Shown one piece after another: positions 1 to 8,676 of a DNA stretch of 64,000 bases (its first letter is position 1; each line of letters begins with the position of its first letter). Origin of the DNA: Anaerolineae bacterium (GTDB lineage Bacteria; Chloroflexota; Anaerolineae; JACIWR01). The stretch covers positions 10,228 through 74,227 of the forward strand of contig JANLFX010000001.1 of assembly GCA_024653325.1 (NCBI GenBank), in the 5' to 3' direction. Under the pieces are notes generated by a model. The model did no database searches, was not told the origin of the DNA, and saw only the letters and a list, made by a program, of their open reading frames with translations. The position numbers were made by a program, and so were the translations under genes.

Positions 1-1596
1 TAGGGCGGCGATGTCACGAGGGGCGGTGTCGGCGGCCCAGGCCCGCTCGACGACGCGCAAACTCTTTTTGCCGACGGCATCCTCGGGCGATTGGAAGCGG
101 GTGGCCAGTTTGGGGTCGTCACCGATGAGGTCTTCGACAAAAGCCACGTAATCCCGAAAATGGCCTGTAGCCGGGGGTGTCAGGCGGATCACGAAGGCGT
201 TGAACTTGTGGCGCAGGGCCTCTGTTTCTTCCCGTGAGGGTAGTCCTGCCACCAGCTCTTCTTCGTCCTCAGCCAGGGCTGTACTCTCCACTTTCTTGCT
301 CGACAGCAGGTCAAATGCTTCCTGCCATTGCTCCAATCCGCCGATGACCAGTCCCCGGCGGGAGATGGCGTCCAGCCAGTCGGCGTCCCCGGGGCCAATG
401 CCCTGGGCTGACCAGTCGAAGTAGGGGCTGCGCCAGGCTTCCAGTACCTGACGGCGCGGCCAATCGGCGGCGGGCAGGGCCAGGAGGGAGAGCAGGGCAG
501 CCACGGCGGGGTTGGAATCGAGTTCCAGGCCACTGGTCAGGTGAAGCGGCACACCAAGCTCAGCCGCCACCTCTTCCAGAAAAGGTCGGTAGGGAGTGAG
601 GTCGCGGGCCAGCACGGCTACCTGGTGGGGCAACATGTGATCGCGCACCAGGCGGGCTTTGATCCAGCGCAGAGCGGCGCGGACCTCTTCGCTACGATTG
701 GTCGCCTCCAGGAAAGCTACAGCTCCGTCGGCCGGCATTTTCTGCGGGGAGGGTTCGAAGAGGGTAGATTGCAGGTGGTAAAGAACTGGTTGCTGGTTGC
801 TGATTGCTGGACATTGGGAACAGGGACTCAGATTAAGTTTGGCGGTCAGGGATTGGTAAGCACGGGCGAAACGGCGGTAGGCGATACGCGGACGGAATTC
901 ACCGGCCTCGAGTTCGCCAGTGAGGGTGACGATGGTCTCAGCGGCCCGGTTAGCCAGGAGTTTGAGCACGGCCAGTTGGGTGGGGTTGAACTCGTCAAAG
1001 CCGTCTACCACCAGCAGGCGTAGGTCACAGGCCAGATTGGTATTCTGTTCCAGAGCCAGCTCGGCCAGCCAACCCTGTCCTTCGGCATCGGCCCAGTCAG
1101 CGTTTATAAGCCAGCGCTGGTAGGCAGCGTAGATAGCGGCCAATTCCTCCAGCCGGGGGCCAATGCCTTGCACGGCGCGCGCGAAGTCCTCCGGCCACAC
1201 CTGCGCCCGCTTGAGTTCCTGGACTAACTGACGCAAGGCAACGATGAACCCCGGTTTGTCACGCAGGGAGGCATAGTGGATCAGGCGACCCCGGCGGTGG
1301 AGGTCGTTCGTGATAAACAACAGCAGGCGGTGTTGGACGGGGTCGGGCAGGCGAGGGGCAGGTTGGGCGGCGCGGGCCATGATTTCGGCATAGAAGGTGT
1401 AGAAAGTGCCGAACTGGACGGCCATCGCCCCGCCCATTTCAGCCAGACGGCGGCGGAAAGCGCTCACTTGTTGCTGGTTGGGCAGGATGACCCATACCGG
1501 GGCCAGGGGAGTTTCTGCCTTGATCTGGCGGATGCGGGTGATGCAATGTGCGGTTTTGCCGTGACCAGCCGGGGCCAGGAGCAACTGGCAAGCCAT
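1..1596 (-). CDS. AddB/RexB-like helicase-nuclease subunit, N-terminal about 532 aa; partial, continues beyond the window start
   Basis: Absent from the ORF track because there is no in-window stop. Hand translation of the minus strand from ATG at 1594-1596 (SD GAGGAG 5-6 nt upstream) runs without stops to position 1. The N-terminus MACQLLLAPAGHGKTAHC is a Walker A P-loop. Plus-strand ORFs 541-1023 and 1276-2160 are antisense shadows. Confidence 0.5.
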   Translation of the reverse strand, partial: MACQLLLAPAGHGKTAHCITRIRQIKAETPLAPVWVILPNQQQVSAFRRRLAEMGGAMAVQFGTFYTFYAEIMARAAQPAPRLPDPVQHRLLLFITNDLHRRGRLIHYASLRDKPGFIVALRQLVQELKRAQVWPEDFARAVQGIGPRLEELAAIYAAYQRWLINADWADAEGQGWLAELALEQNTNLACDLRLLVVDGFDEFNPTQLAVLKLLANRAAETIVTLTGELEAGEFRPRIAYRRFARAYQSLTAKLNLSPCSQCPAISNQQPVLYHLQSTLFEPSPQKMPADGAVAFLEATNRSEEVRAALRWIKARLVRDHMLPHQVAVLARDLTPYRPFLEEVAAELGVPLHLTSGLELDSNPAVAALLSLLALPAADWPRRQVLEAWRSPYFDWSAQGIGPGDADWLDAISRRGLVIGGLEQWQEAFDLLSSKKVESTALAEDEEELVAGLPSREETEALRHKFNAFVIRLTPPATGHFRDYVAFVEDLIGDDPKLATRFQSPEDAVGKKSLRVVERAWAADTAPRDIAAL

Positions 1597-1659
1597 GCTA
1601 TCTCCTCGGTATTTACCACTGAGCTCACAAAGAGCGATAGCGCCACATTCAAGCATGGA

Positions 1660-1720
1660 GTGCTTTTCAGCCACAGAATCACACGAAAAACTCTGCGGAA
1701 ATCTGTGTGTTTCTGTGGCG
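1660..1720. repeat. Palindromic intergenic repeat family 1, copy A (GCCACAGAAnCACACG ... CTGTGTGTTTCTGTGGC)
   Basis: About 60 bp with imperfect inverted arms. A second copy with the same arms and the shared GAAAATCTGTGTGTTTCTG block lies at 6727-6800. Confidence 0.6.
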
Positions 1721-1770
1721 AAATTGATTCGTCCACGATTCAAGTGGTGTTATCCGGAGAGCGCAACGCG

Positions 1771-4650
1771 TCAAGAAAACTGTTGGTCAATGGTTTTCTT
1801 CCCCAAATCTACCAACTCTTGCACGGCGGCGATCATCATCTCCCCGGTTTGCACCGACGGCGGCGGGGCCGTTTCTCCCTCGGCAGGCGGGGCAGTGGGC
1901 TCGCGGACGCGGGCCAGGCGGGCCGCCAACTCGTCGGGCAAATGACCACCTTCTACCAATTCGGCCTGCACCAGGCGTGGTGCGGGCAGTTCCGGACCTG
2001 GTTTATGCTCCTTGAGCACTGCCAGATAGGAGGACAGGGCCCATCCCAACGCTTCGCGGATGGGGCGCAACGTCTCTTCCGGGAAGCCGCCTCCCAACAC
2101 CACGCGGGCCAGTTGCAGGCGTCTGGTCGCCGTTTCCAGACCTTCCTGGGCCAGGTGTAGTCGCTTTTGACGCTTATCTTCTACGGGAGGGCGGGGTGGG
2201 GCGGCAGTCGGTGCACGGTAGAGCTCCTCGCTTTCGGGCGTGGGCCGTTCGATCAACCCACCGGTCAGGGCTACCAATGCGCGGTAACTTTCCTGTTCCA
2301 TCAGGTGTAAAGTAGGCGCGGGCGGTGCCGGAGCAAATAACTCGTTGAGCATCTGCTCTATTTGGGGCCTGAGGGCAGCGGGCTCTTTGTCCACCACGAC
2401 CAGGACGTTGTTATCGCTGGCCGCGCCGGGTAATGGCGGGGCCCGGCGCACTAACACAATGCGTTCGGGGAAGCGAGCCACCAGCATATCGGTGAAGGTG
2501 CGCAAGGTAGGTTTGGGCGGGGGCAATTCGATTGCCTCCGGGACACGTTTCACCTCCTTTTTCGTCGGTGTCAGGTCAATGACTGGCTTGACCTCCGCCG
2601 GCACTTCCATCATCTCGCTCAATTGTTTGAGCAGACCCTGACCGGTATCGTGGAAGCTGATCTCTGCCGGCGCTTCTTCTTCACCAAACACGCCAGCGAA
2701 TACGTTACGTTTGGCAGCCAGGGAATCAAGAATGCGCTCCTCAATGGTGTCCTGGGCGATGAGGTTGATCACATTGACCGCGTGTCGCTGTCCGTGGCGG
2801 TGGGCGCGGGCAATGCGCTGCTCGAGCACTGCCGGATTCCAGGGCAGGTCCAGGTTGACCACCAGGCTGGCCGCTTGCAGGTTGAGACCCACCCCACCAG
2901 CATCGGTGGAGAGGAACACGCGGCAATCGGGGTCGTCGAAGAAGCGGGCAATCAATTCACCGCGCTTGTGGCTGGGCACCTGACCGGTCAGCTTGACGTA
3001 ACCCAGACCCAGGCGTGAAAGTACAGGCTCCGTCAACTCCAACATGCGTGACCACTGGCTGAAGACAATGGCCTTGTGGCCGTTGTCGGCAACCTCGTCG
3101 GTCATGATGTCGCGGAATTCCAGGAGTTTGGGAGCCGTGCGTTCGCGGTCTTTGGGCGGCAGGTCGGGGTCGTGTAAAGCCAGGGCATTGCAGATCAGGC
3201 GCATTTTGATCAGCGATTTGAGCAGCAAATCGTGTTCTTTGGGGGTGAGAGGGCGTTTCTGGGCAATGACCAGCAGACGGGCGACGATAGACTGATATTC
3301 CGAGTAGGCGTTCCACTGTTCGCGGGTCATTTCTACGAAGAAATGGTTGTCAATGCGCTCCGGCAGGTCCTCCAGCACCTGATCGCGGGTGCGGCGCAGC
3401 ACGTAGGGGGCAATGCGGGCGCGCAATTCATCCAGGTTCTTATAGCCCAGCACACGATAGGTTTTGTTCGGGCGCAGTTCGAGCTGGAAGTAACGCTCGT
3501 TGAACAGCCACAGCGGACCCAGGACGCACTGGTCTATGAACTGGAAGACGCTGTATAACTCGTCCAGGCGGTTTTCCAGGGGCGTGCCGGTAAGGACGAA
3601 GGCGTAGCGACTGCGCAGGCGTTTGACCGAATCGGCGGTTTTCGTGCGCCAGTTCTTGATGCGCTGTGCCTCGTCGAGGATGATCACGTCCGGGTTCATC
3701 CGCTCGAAGACCGTCTCGTCGCGCCGCACCAGCTCGTAGTTGACGATGGTGAAGAAGGTGGGCTGGCCGTAGAGCTCTTGGCGCTGCTTGCTCGATCCCT
3801 CGATGACGGTGACCGGCAGGTCGGTGAAACGGCGGACCTCCCGCGCCCACTGGTGTTTCAGCGAGGCCGGGCAGATGATCAACGCGCTATCCACGTCGCC
3901 CAGTTCGTGTAGTAAGGCACAGGCGGCGATGGCCTGCACCGTCTTGCCCAGGCCCATGTCGTCGGCCAGCATGGCTCGCCGGCCAAAGGCCAGGTGTAGC
4001 GCGCCTTTCTCCTGATAAGGGTAAAGCCGGGCATCACGCAATACATTCAGAGAACGAGTACCCTGATTTATTTGGGCCAGAAACCACTCTTGTTGACGGC
4101 GGGTAGTCTCCAGATCGCGCAGCAGGTCCAGGTGTTGGCGCACTTCTTCGTCCACAATCACGATGGCCTGTTGTTCTGAAGGGAGAGCGGCGATGTTTTC
4201 CAGCAGACGGGGAAGCGTTTCCAGTGGGACACCGCGCAATACCCCGTCGGCGTCAAAGTATTGCTCCAGCAAGGAACGCAGGGCTTTGTCGTCTGGGAGG
4301 GGCAGGGTAACGCGCACCGTGATCTCCTCGCCGTAGTGCAAGTAGATAGAAGTGACCGGTGGCTTTTGGGCTTCCAGTTTCTCCCATTCGTCGCCTGCTG
4401 CTTCGTGTAGATAATAGAGCACTCCCTCGATGTGCTTACAAGTGCCCACTAGATTGGTGCGGTAATCAGGACAGGTACAGGAATTCAAGAGTTCGGTGAG
4501 GGAGCGGATTTGCACGCGATAGGTGCGGCCGGAGACTGAGGTCACCTCGAAAGTGCTGAATACAGGATGCGCGCCCAGATTGGAGATACGCACAATCTCT
4601 TCTTGTGCTCGCTGGCGGCGGCGCTTGATTTGTTCTTCGGCCATGGCCAT
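1771..4650 (-). CDS. SNF2/RAD54-family DNA helicase with N-terminal SWIM zinc finger
   Basis: 959-aa ORF. SWIM motif CTCPDY...TCKHIEGVLYY. Helicase motifs GLGKT, DEAQRIKN, LTGTPLENRLDELYS, and a C-terminal HELICc region (QRIARAHRHGQ). Confidence 0.85.
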   Translation of the reverse strand: MAMAEEQIKRRRQRAQEEIVRISNLGAHPVFSTFEVTSVSGRTYRVQIRSLTELLNSCTCPDYRTNLVGTCKHIEGVLYYLHEAAGDEWEKLEAQKPPVTSIYLHYGEEITVRVTLPLPDDKALRSLLEQYFDADGVLRGVPLETLPRLLENIAALPSEQQAIVIVDEEVRQHLDLLRDLETTRRQQEWFLAQINQGTRSLNVLRDARLYPYQEKGALHLAFGRRAMLADDMGLGKTVQAIAACALLHELGDVDSALIICPASLKHQWAREVRRFTDLPVTVIEGSSKQRQELYGQPTFFTIVNYELVRRDETVFERMNPDVIILDEAQRIKNWRTKTADSVKRLRSRYAFVLTGTPLENRLDELYSVFQFIDQCVLGPLWLFNERYFQLELRPNKTYRVLGYKNLDELRARIAPYVLRRTRDQVLEDLPERIDNHFFVEMTREQWNAYSEYQSIVARLLVIAQKRPLTPKEHDLLLKSLIKMRLICNALALHDPDLPPKDRERTAPKLLEFRDIMTDEVADNGHKAIVFSQWSRMLELTEPVLSRLGLGYVKLTGQVPSHKRGELIARFFDDPDCRVFLSTDAGGVGLNLQAASLVVNLDLPWNPAVLEQRIARAHRHGQRHAVNVINLIAQDTIEERILDSLAAKRNVFAGVFGEEEAPAEISFHDTGQGLLKQLSEMMEVPAEVKPVIDLTPTKKEVKRVPEAIELPPPKPTLRTFTDMLVARFPERIVLVRRAPPLPGAASDNNVLVVVDKEPAALRPQIEQMLNELFAPAPPAPTLHLMEQESYRALVALTGGLIERPTPESEELYRAPTAAPPRPPVEDKRQKRLHLAQEGLETATRRLQLARVVLGGGFPEETLRPIREALGWALSSYLAVLKEHKPGPELPAPRLVQAELVEGGHLPDELAARLARVREPTAPPAEGETAPPPSVQTGEMMIAAVQELVDLGKKTIDQQFS

Positions 4651-4797
4651 GATTGATCACCCCCTGATTTATAAAAAGGATACGATTATATTTGGGCTTC
4701 GAGGCTAAAACGGGTTACTTTCATTGTACTACAATTCTACGCGCATGGCAATCGGTGGTTGTAGCAAGCACTTACGGGGAACCACTGCAATCCTCAC

Positions 4798-4825
4798 TTG
4801 AATTTATGCAAAGTTATGCTATAAT
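4798..4825 (+). promoter_or_regulatory. Sigma70-like promoter upstream of the recombinase gene (TTGAAT, 16 nt spacer, TATAAT)
   Basis: -35 TTGAAT at 4798-4803 and -10 TATAAT at 4820-4825 in an AT-rich stretch. GGAGGA RBS at 4865-4870 before ATG 4878. Confidence 0.5.
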
Positions 4826-4877
4826 ATGACGATAGGAAAGTGTTTTATGGCGTGTTGGCCCCGGGGAGGATTGAGTC

Positions 4878-5768
4878 ATGAAAGATAAAGTTGAGGATTT
4901 TCTGGGTTTTATTACCCTGAAGAAAAAGTATTCTAATAATACCGTCGCAGCTTACCGAAACGATTTGAACCAGTTTGTCAGTTTTGCCCAGGAGCGCGGT
5001 GTTGACTGGCGTACTGCAGATCGGGACTTTATCGCCGATTATACCTCGTATTTGAAAGGCCGCAAGTATGCTTCTTCCACCGTAGCGCGCAAAATAGCCG
5101 CCATCAAATCGTTTTTCCATTTTCTCGTCAGCCAGGGGGAATTGAAGAACGATCCCACGGCCACGCTCGACTCGCCGCGGGTACACAAACGCCTGCCAAA
5201 AACCATTTCACGAAGCGATGTTGAACGTTTGTTAAACGAACCGGCTAAATCTGTGACGGCAAAGTCCCGCCGGGACAAAGCATTTCTGGAGTTACTCTAC
5301 GCCACTGGCATGCGGGTCACCGAATTGGTTTCTCTGAATTTAGATGACATCAACCTGGCCTCCGGTACTGTGCGCTGCATGAGCAAGAGTGGTAAAGAGC
5401 GCACTATCCCTATTAACAGCCGGGCAGTACAGGCGTTGGAAGAATACCTGCACCAGGGCCGTGCGCAACTTCTTAGGAATGTTGATGAAAGGGCCCTGTT
5501 TCTTAACCATCGGGGTCAACGTCTGACGCGCCAGGGGTTGTGGTTGATTATCAAGGGTTACGTCCGGGCTGTTGGTCTGGATCAGGGCATTACCCCCCAT
5601 ACTCTCCGCCACTCTTTCGCTACACATCTGCTAAACGAAGGGGCTGACCTCCACCACGTGCAGGAGCTTTTGGGACACGCTAACATTTCCACTACCCAGG
5701 TGTACACCCAGGTCTCCGGCGAATATCGTCGTGAGACCGAAGACGAGACTTTATCCCAGCGGGATTGA
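4878..5768 (+). CDS. Tyrosine site-specific recombinase, XerC/XerD family
   Basis: 296 aa. The C-terminus HTLRHSFATHLLNEGADLHHVQELLGHANISTTQVYTQV contains the catalytic R..H..R..Y tetrad region. An N-terminal core-binding domain is present. Confidence 0.85.
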   Translation: MKDKVEDFLGFITLKKKYSNNTVAAYRNDLNQFVSFAQERGVDWRTADRDFIADYTSYLKGRKYASSTVARKIAAIKSFFHFLVSQGELKNDPTATLDSPRVHKRLPKTISRSDVERLLNEPAKSVTAKSRRDKAFLELLYATGMRVTELVSLNLDDINLASGTVRCMSKSGKERTIPINSRAVQALEEYLHQGRAQLLRNVDERALFLNHRGQRLTRQGLWLIIKGYVRAVGLDQGITPHTLRHSFATHLLNEGADLHHVQELLGHANISTTQVYTQVSGEYRRETEDETLSQRD

Positions 5769-5790
5769 GGTCTCGTTTGCATCTGCCACT

Positions 5791-5827
5791 GAAGGTGACG
5801 GTCACCTGCGAGGTGACCGTCACCTTC
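5791..5827 (+). terminator. Strong GC hairpin after the recombinase gene (16-bp arms GAAGGTGACGGTCACC / GGTGACCGTCACCTTC)
   Basis: Perfect inverted repeat starting 23 nt after the stop. There is no clear U-tract, so it may be a processing or stability hairpin rather than a classic intrinsic terminator. Confidence 0.4.
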
Positions 5828-5865
5828 AAGGTTGAGCGAGCGTTTATCATCAGGAGGTGCGCCGA

Positions 5866-6705
5866 ATGGGATACGTTGAGAAATTGATGGGCCAGGGAGA
5901 GAAAGCCGTGTTCGTGGCCCGCCAGCACTGGACCGTGTTGGTGAGCCGCATTTTTAGTTCCGTTTTCACATTCCTGGTGTTTTTGGCAGTGGGATTAGCC
6001 AGTTTCGCGCCAGCAGTTAGCCCCATACTGGGTTTCATACTGCTGGCTGCCCTGATACTCCCTCTCTACGACATCGTGGTCGCTGTTCTCTCCGGCCTGC
6101 GGGGCCGGGAGCTGTTCGGGCGCATCTGGATGCCCATTCTGACCGCCCTGTTCATTCTGGCTTTGAGCATAGCTCTGTTTGTGCCTGGTGCTAATGTAAT
6201 AGCCGGCTGGATTATCCTGCTCATTTCCGTGATCCCCCTGGCCCAGACTATCAAGGTCTTCCTAGACTGGTATAATGAGCAATACATTATCACTAATCAC
6301 CGGGTGATGAGCGTGAGGGGAGTGATCAACAAGCATGTGAGCGATTCCGCCCTGGAGAAGGTAAACGACGTGGTGCTGGAACAGTCGGCTATCGGGCGGA
6401 TTCTGGGATATGGGAATGTGGAGATTATTACCGGCAGTGACATCGGTGCGAATCTGTTTTCGCGGATCACCAATCCGGTTCGTTTTAAGACTGTAATGTT
6501 GAATCAAAAGGATGAGTTGGTGCGGCCCAGAGCCGAACAGCCTGCCCCGGCGACCCAGGTAGCAGCCCCTGCAGTTGTTGAAGAGCAACCAGGCGCGCCG
6601 AATATTCCAGAGTTGATTCAGCAACTGGACGAGTTGAGACAAAAGGGCGTTCTGACCGAGGAAGAGTTTCAGGCTAAAAAGGCCGAGCTGCTAAGGAGGT
6701 TGTAG
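5866..6705 (+). CDS. Membrane protein with bacterial PH (bPH_2/YdbT-like) domain and C-terminal SHOCT domain
   Basis: The ORF track start at 5857 is GTG sitting on the SD. ATG 5866 lies 8 nt after AGGAGG. The protein has 4 predicted TM helices and the C-terminal motif ELIQQLDELRQKGVLTEEEFQAKKAELL, which is SHOCT-like. Confidence 0.7.
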   Translation: MGYVEKLMGQGEKAVFVARQHWTVLVSRIFSSVFTFLVFLAVGLASFAPAVSPILGFILLAALILPLYDIVVAVLSGLRGRELFGRIWMPILTALFILALSIALFVPGANVIAGWIILLISVIPLAQTIKVFLDWYNEQYIITNHRVMSVRGVINKHVSDSALEKVNDVVLEQSAIGRILGYGNVEIITGSDIGANLFSRITNPVRFKTVMLNQKDELVRPRAEQPAPATQVAAPAVVEEQPGAPNIPELIQQLDELRQKGVLTEEEFQAKKAELLRRL

Positions 6706-6735
6706 CTCCACATTTAATCGTGGAGGTGCTTTTTC
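6706..6735 (+). terminator. Rho-independent terminator (CTCCAC-atttaatc-GTGGAG followed by GTGCTTTTT)
   Basis: Hairpin immediately after the TAG stop at 6703-6705, followed by a T-run. Confidence 0.65.
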
Positions 6736-6800
6736 GGCCACAGAACCACACGGAACCGCACAGAAAATTAAACTTTCGGTGAAAATCTGTGTGTTTCTGG
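6727..6800. repeat. Palindromic intergenic repeat family 1, copy B
   Basis: Shares TTTTCgGCCACAGAAcCACACGgAA and GAAAATCTGTGTGTTTCTGggG with 1660-1720. Confidence 0.6.
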
Positions 6801-6841
6801 GGATGGTTCAGAATGGGTTGACACTTTAGTCGAGCAACATA

Positions 6842-6921
6842 CTGTCAACGAATGGTGGAACGAATAAACGAATGGTCAGCATCGCGGTCTATTCGTTTAT
6901 TCGTTGGATATTCGTTGACAG
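6842..6921. repeat. Palindromic CGAAT-iteron element family 2, copy 1 (CTGTCAACGAATGG...ATTCGTTGACAG)
   Basis: An 80-bp element with about 12-bp terminal inverted repeats and internal ACGAAT / ATTCGT iterons. A near-identical copy lies at 37662-37731 and a diverged relative at 10902-11010. Confidence 0.65.
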
Positions 6922-6980
6922 AGAAGTCGCCCAAGCCAAAAAACGAACGGAAAAATAGTGGGGGAGGTTGTGAGTAGTTG

Positions 6981-7832
6981 ATGAATGACTTTTTTACCCA
7001 GGAAGACTTTGCCGAGGCAGCGGATTTCATTCGCCACCATACACGATATACCCCTGATGTGGCCCTGATTTTGGGCTCCGGCCTGAGTTCTCTGGCCGAG
7101 GCTGTGACCAACCCAGACGTGATTCCATACGAGGAAATACCGCATTTTCCCATCCCCCATGTAGAGGGACACGCCGGCCGTCTGGTCATAGGGGAACTGG
7201 AGGGATGGAAAGTGGTGGTGATGCAGGGGCGGGCGCATTATTACGAGGGTTATTCCATGCAACACCTTACTTTACCGGTGAGGGTGATGCACATGTTGGG
7301 AGCGAAGACCCTCGTAGTGACTAACGCCGCCGGCGGGCTAAACCCACAGTTTCAGGTCGGCGATCTGATGCTGATCACTGATCACATCAATCTGATCGGC
7401 ATGGCCGGTCTAAACCCGCTGCGGGGGCCCAATGACCCGGCTCTGGGTCCTCGCTTCCCCGATATGTCCCAGGCCTATGACCCGGTCCTGCGCACTCTGG
7501 CCTTGCGGGTAGCTGAAAAGTTGGAACTGCCCCTGCGGGAAGGAGTGTATGTCTGTTTGGCCGGTCCAAGCTTTGAGACTCCGGCTGAAATCCGCTTTCT
7601 ACGTGTGATCGGTGCCGATGCGGTGGGCATGTCCACTGTGCCGGAGGTAATCGTCGCCCGCTATAGTGGGATGCGTGTACTGGGCATCTCTGGTATCAGC
7701 AACATGGCCATTACTGAACCGGTGGAAGGAAAACAGGCTACTCACGTGGAAGTTCTGGAAGCTGGTCGAGTACTCGTTCCCAGGTTGATCTCTCTGTTGA
7801 GGGGAGTGTTGCGAGAGTTAGATGCTGTCTGA
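6981..7832 (+). CDS. Purine nucleoside phosphorylase (PNP/MTAP family)
   Basis: Motifs ALILGSGL, HVEGHAGRLVIGEL, VVTNAAGGLN, GMSTVPEVIVAR. The ORF track start at 6978 is TTG; ATG is at 6981. Confidence 0.85.
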   Translation: MNDFFTQEDFAEAADFIRHHTRYTPDVALILGSGLSSLAEAVTNPDVIPYEEIPHFPIPHVEGHAGRLVIGELEGWKVVVMQGRAHYYEGYSMQHLTLPVRVMHMLGAKTLVVTNAAGGLNPQFQVGDLMLITDHINLIGMAGLNPLRGPNDPALGPRFPDMSQAYDPVLRTLALRVAEKLELPLREGVYVCLAGPSFETPAEIRFLRVIGADAVGMSTVPEVIVARYSGMRVLGISGISNMAITEPVEGKQATHVEVLEAGRVLVPRLISLLRGVLRELDAV

Positions 7833-7878
7833 CTGAACGCAGGGGCACGGCTTCTGAAAACTGGCTACATCACCGGTT

Positions 7879-8634
7879 TTGGCATCCCGGCAGAGAAAGC
7901 TTGTATATATGACGATTATCGTGAAACTGGTAGATAAATATTCGCTGTGGCTTTACACTATCTGCGCGTTCGGTATCCTGATGTATTTGCGGGCGGTGTT
8001 CGTAGCCCAGCGCGAGCGGGCCCAGGCTATGTTTTCCCTGGAACGGGAGGCGGCCGCCAGTCGTGGCTATCGGGCGGCAGTGATGATTGTCGTCTTGTTG
8101 GCCGTAGGTGGTATTATATACTACGTCTCTTCTGTGCTGGCTCCGCAAGTAGAAGCTGTCTCAGAGGTCACGCCTACGTCTACCACGTTCCTTCTGCCAA
8201 CGCCGACCCCTTCTCCGGGTACACCAACCGAGACCCCAATTCCAACGCCAACGGCGACCCGCCGGCCACCACCCGTTATCCCTACTGCCACCCCGGAGGT
8301 CACTCCTACGCCGGAAGTGATACCACCTAACTGCCCCAATCCGCAGGCCCGGCTGACTTATCCGGGGATGAACGCTGTGCTCAGCGGAGTCGTGCAGATA
8401 TTTGGCTCGGCAAATATCCCCAACTTTAACTACTACAAGTTTGAATTCCGGCAAGCCGGTTCCTCGGAATGGGCCTGGTTGCAAAGCTCCAATGTCCCGG
8501 TTCCAGAAGGATTGTTGGGGGTGTGGGATACTTCTGCATTACCTGCTGGTACTTACGGCTTCCGTCTGGTGGTGGTGGATAAGGCTGGGAATTATCCACC
8601 ACCGTGTGAGATCACGGTGACGATTGTGCATTAG
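7879..8634 (+). CDS. Hypothetical membrane protein with one TM helix, a Pro/Thr-rich linker and a C-terminal beta-rich domain
   Basis: 251-aa ORF with a TTG start at 7879 and an alternative ATG at 7909. The PT linker is TPTSTTFLLPTPTPSPGTPTETPIPTPTATRRPPP. No recognisable catalytic motif. Confidence 0.5.
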   Translation: MASRQRKLVYMTIIVKLVDKYSLWLYTICAFGILMYLRAVFVAQRERAQAMFSLEREAAASRGYRAAVMIVVLLAVGGIIYYVSSVLAPQVEAVSEVTPTSTTFLLPTPTPSPGTPTETPIPTPTATRRPPPVIPTATPEVTPTPEVIPPNCPNPQARLTYPGMNAVLSGVVQIFGSANIPNFNYYKFEFRQAGSSEWAWLQSSNVPVPEGLLGVWDTSALPAGTYGFRLVVVDKAGNYPPPCEITVTIVH

Positions 8635-8676
8635 CGAGCACTATCTTCCTGCAAACTGGAAGGCAACCGCGGGAGG

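Noticed and set aside
541-2160. Plus-strand ORFs 541-1023 (160 aa) and 1276-2160 (294 aa)
   Set aside because: They lie antisense to the hand-translated AddB-like CDS, which has an RBS and a Walker A N-terminus. They are compositionally typical high-GC shadow ORFs with no motifs.
4878-5768. Tyrosine recombinase as the integrase of an integrated element
   Set aside because: It has Xer-type C-terminal motifs and a housekeeping neighbourhood. There are no flanking direct repeats and no tRNA or phage-like genes within reach.
8121-8484. Minus-strand ORFs 8121-8339 and 8161-8484 rich in Gly/Val/Arg
   Set aside because: They are antisense to the PT-linker region of the 7879-8634 gene. The low-complexity repeats are artefacts of reading the PT-coding DNA backwards.
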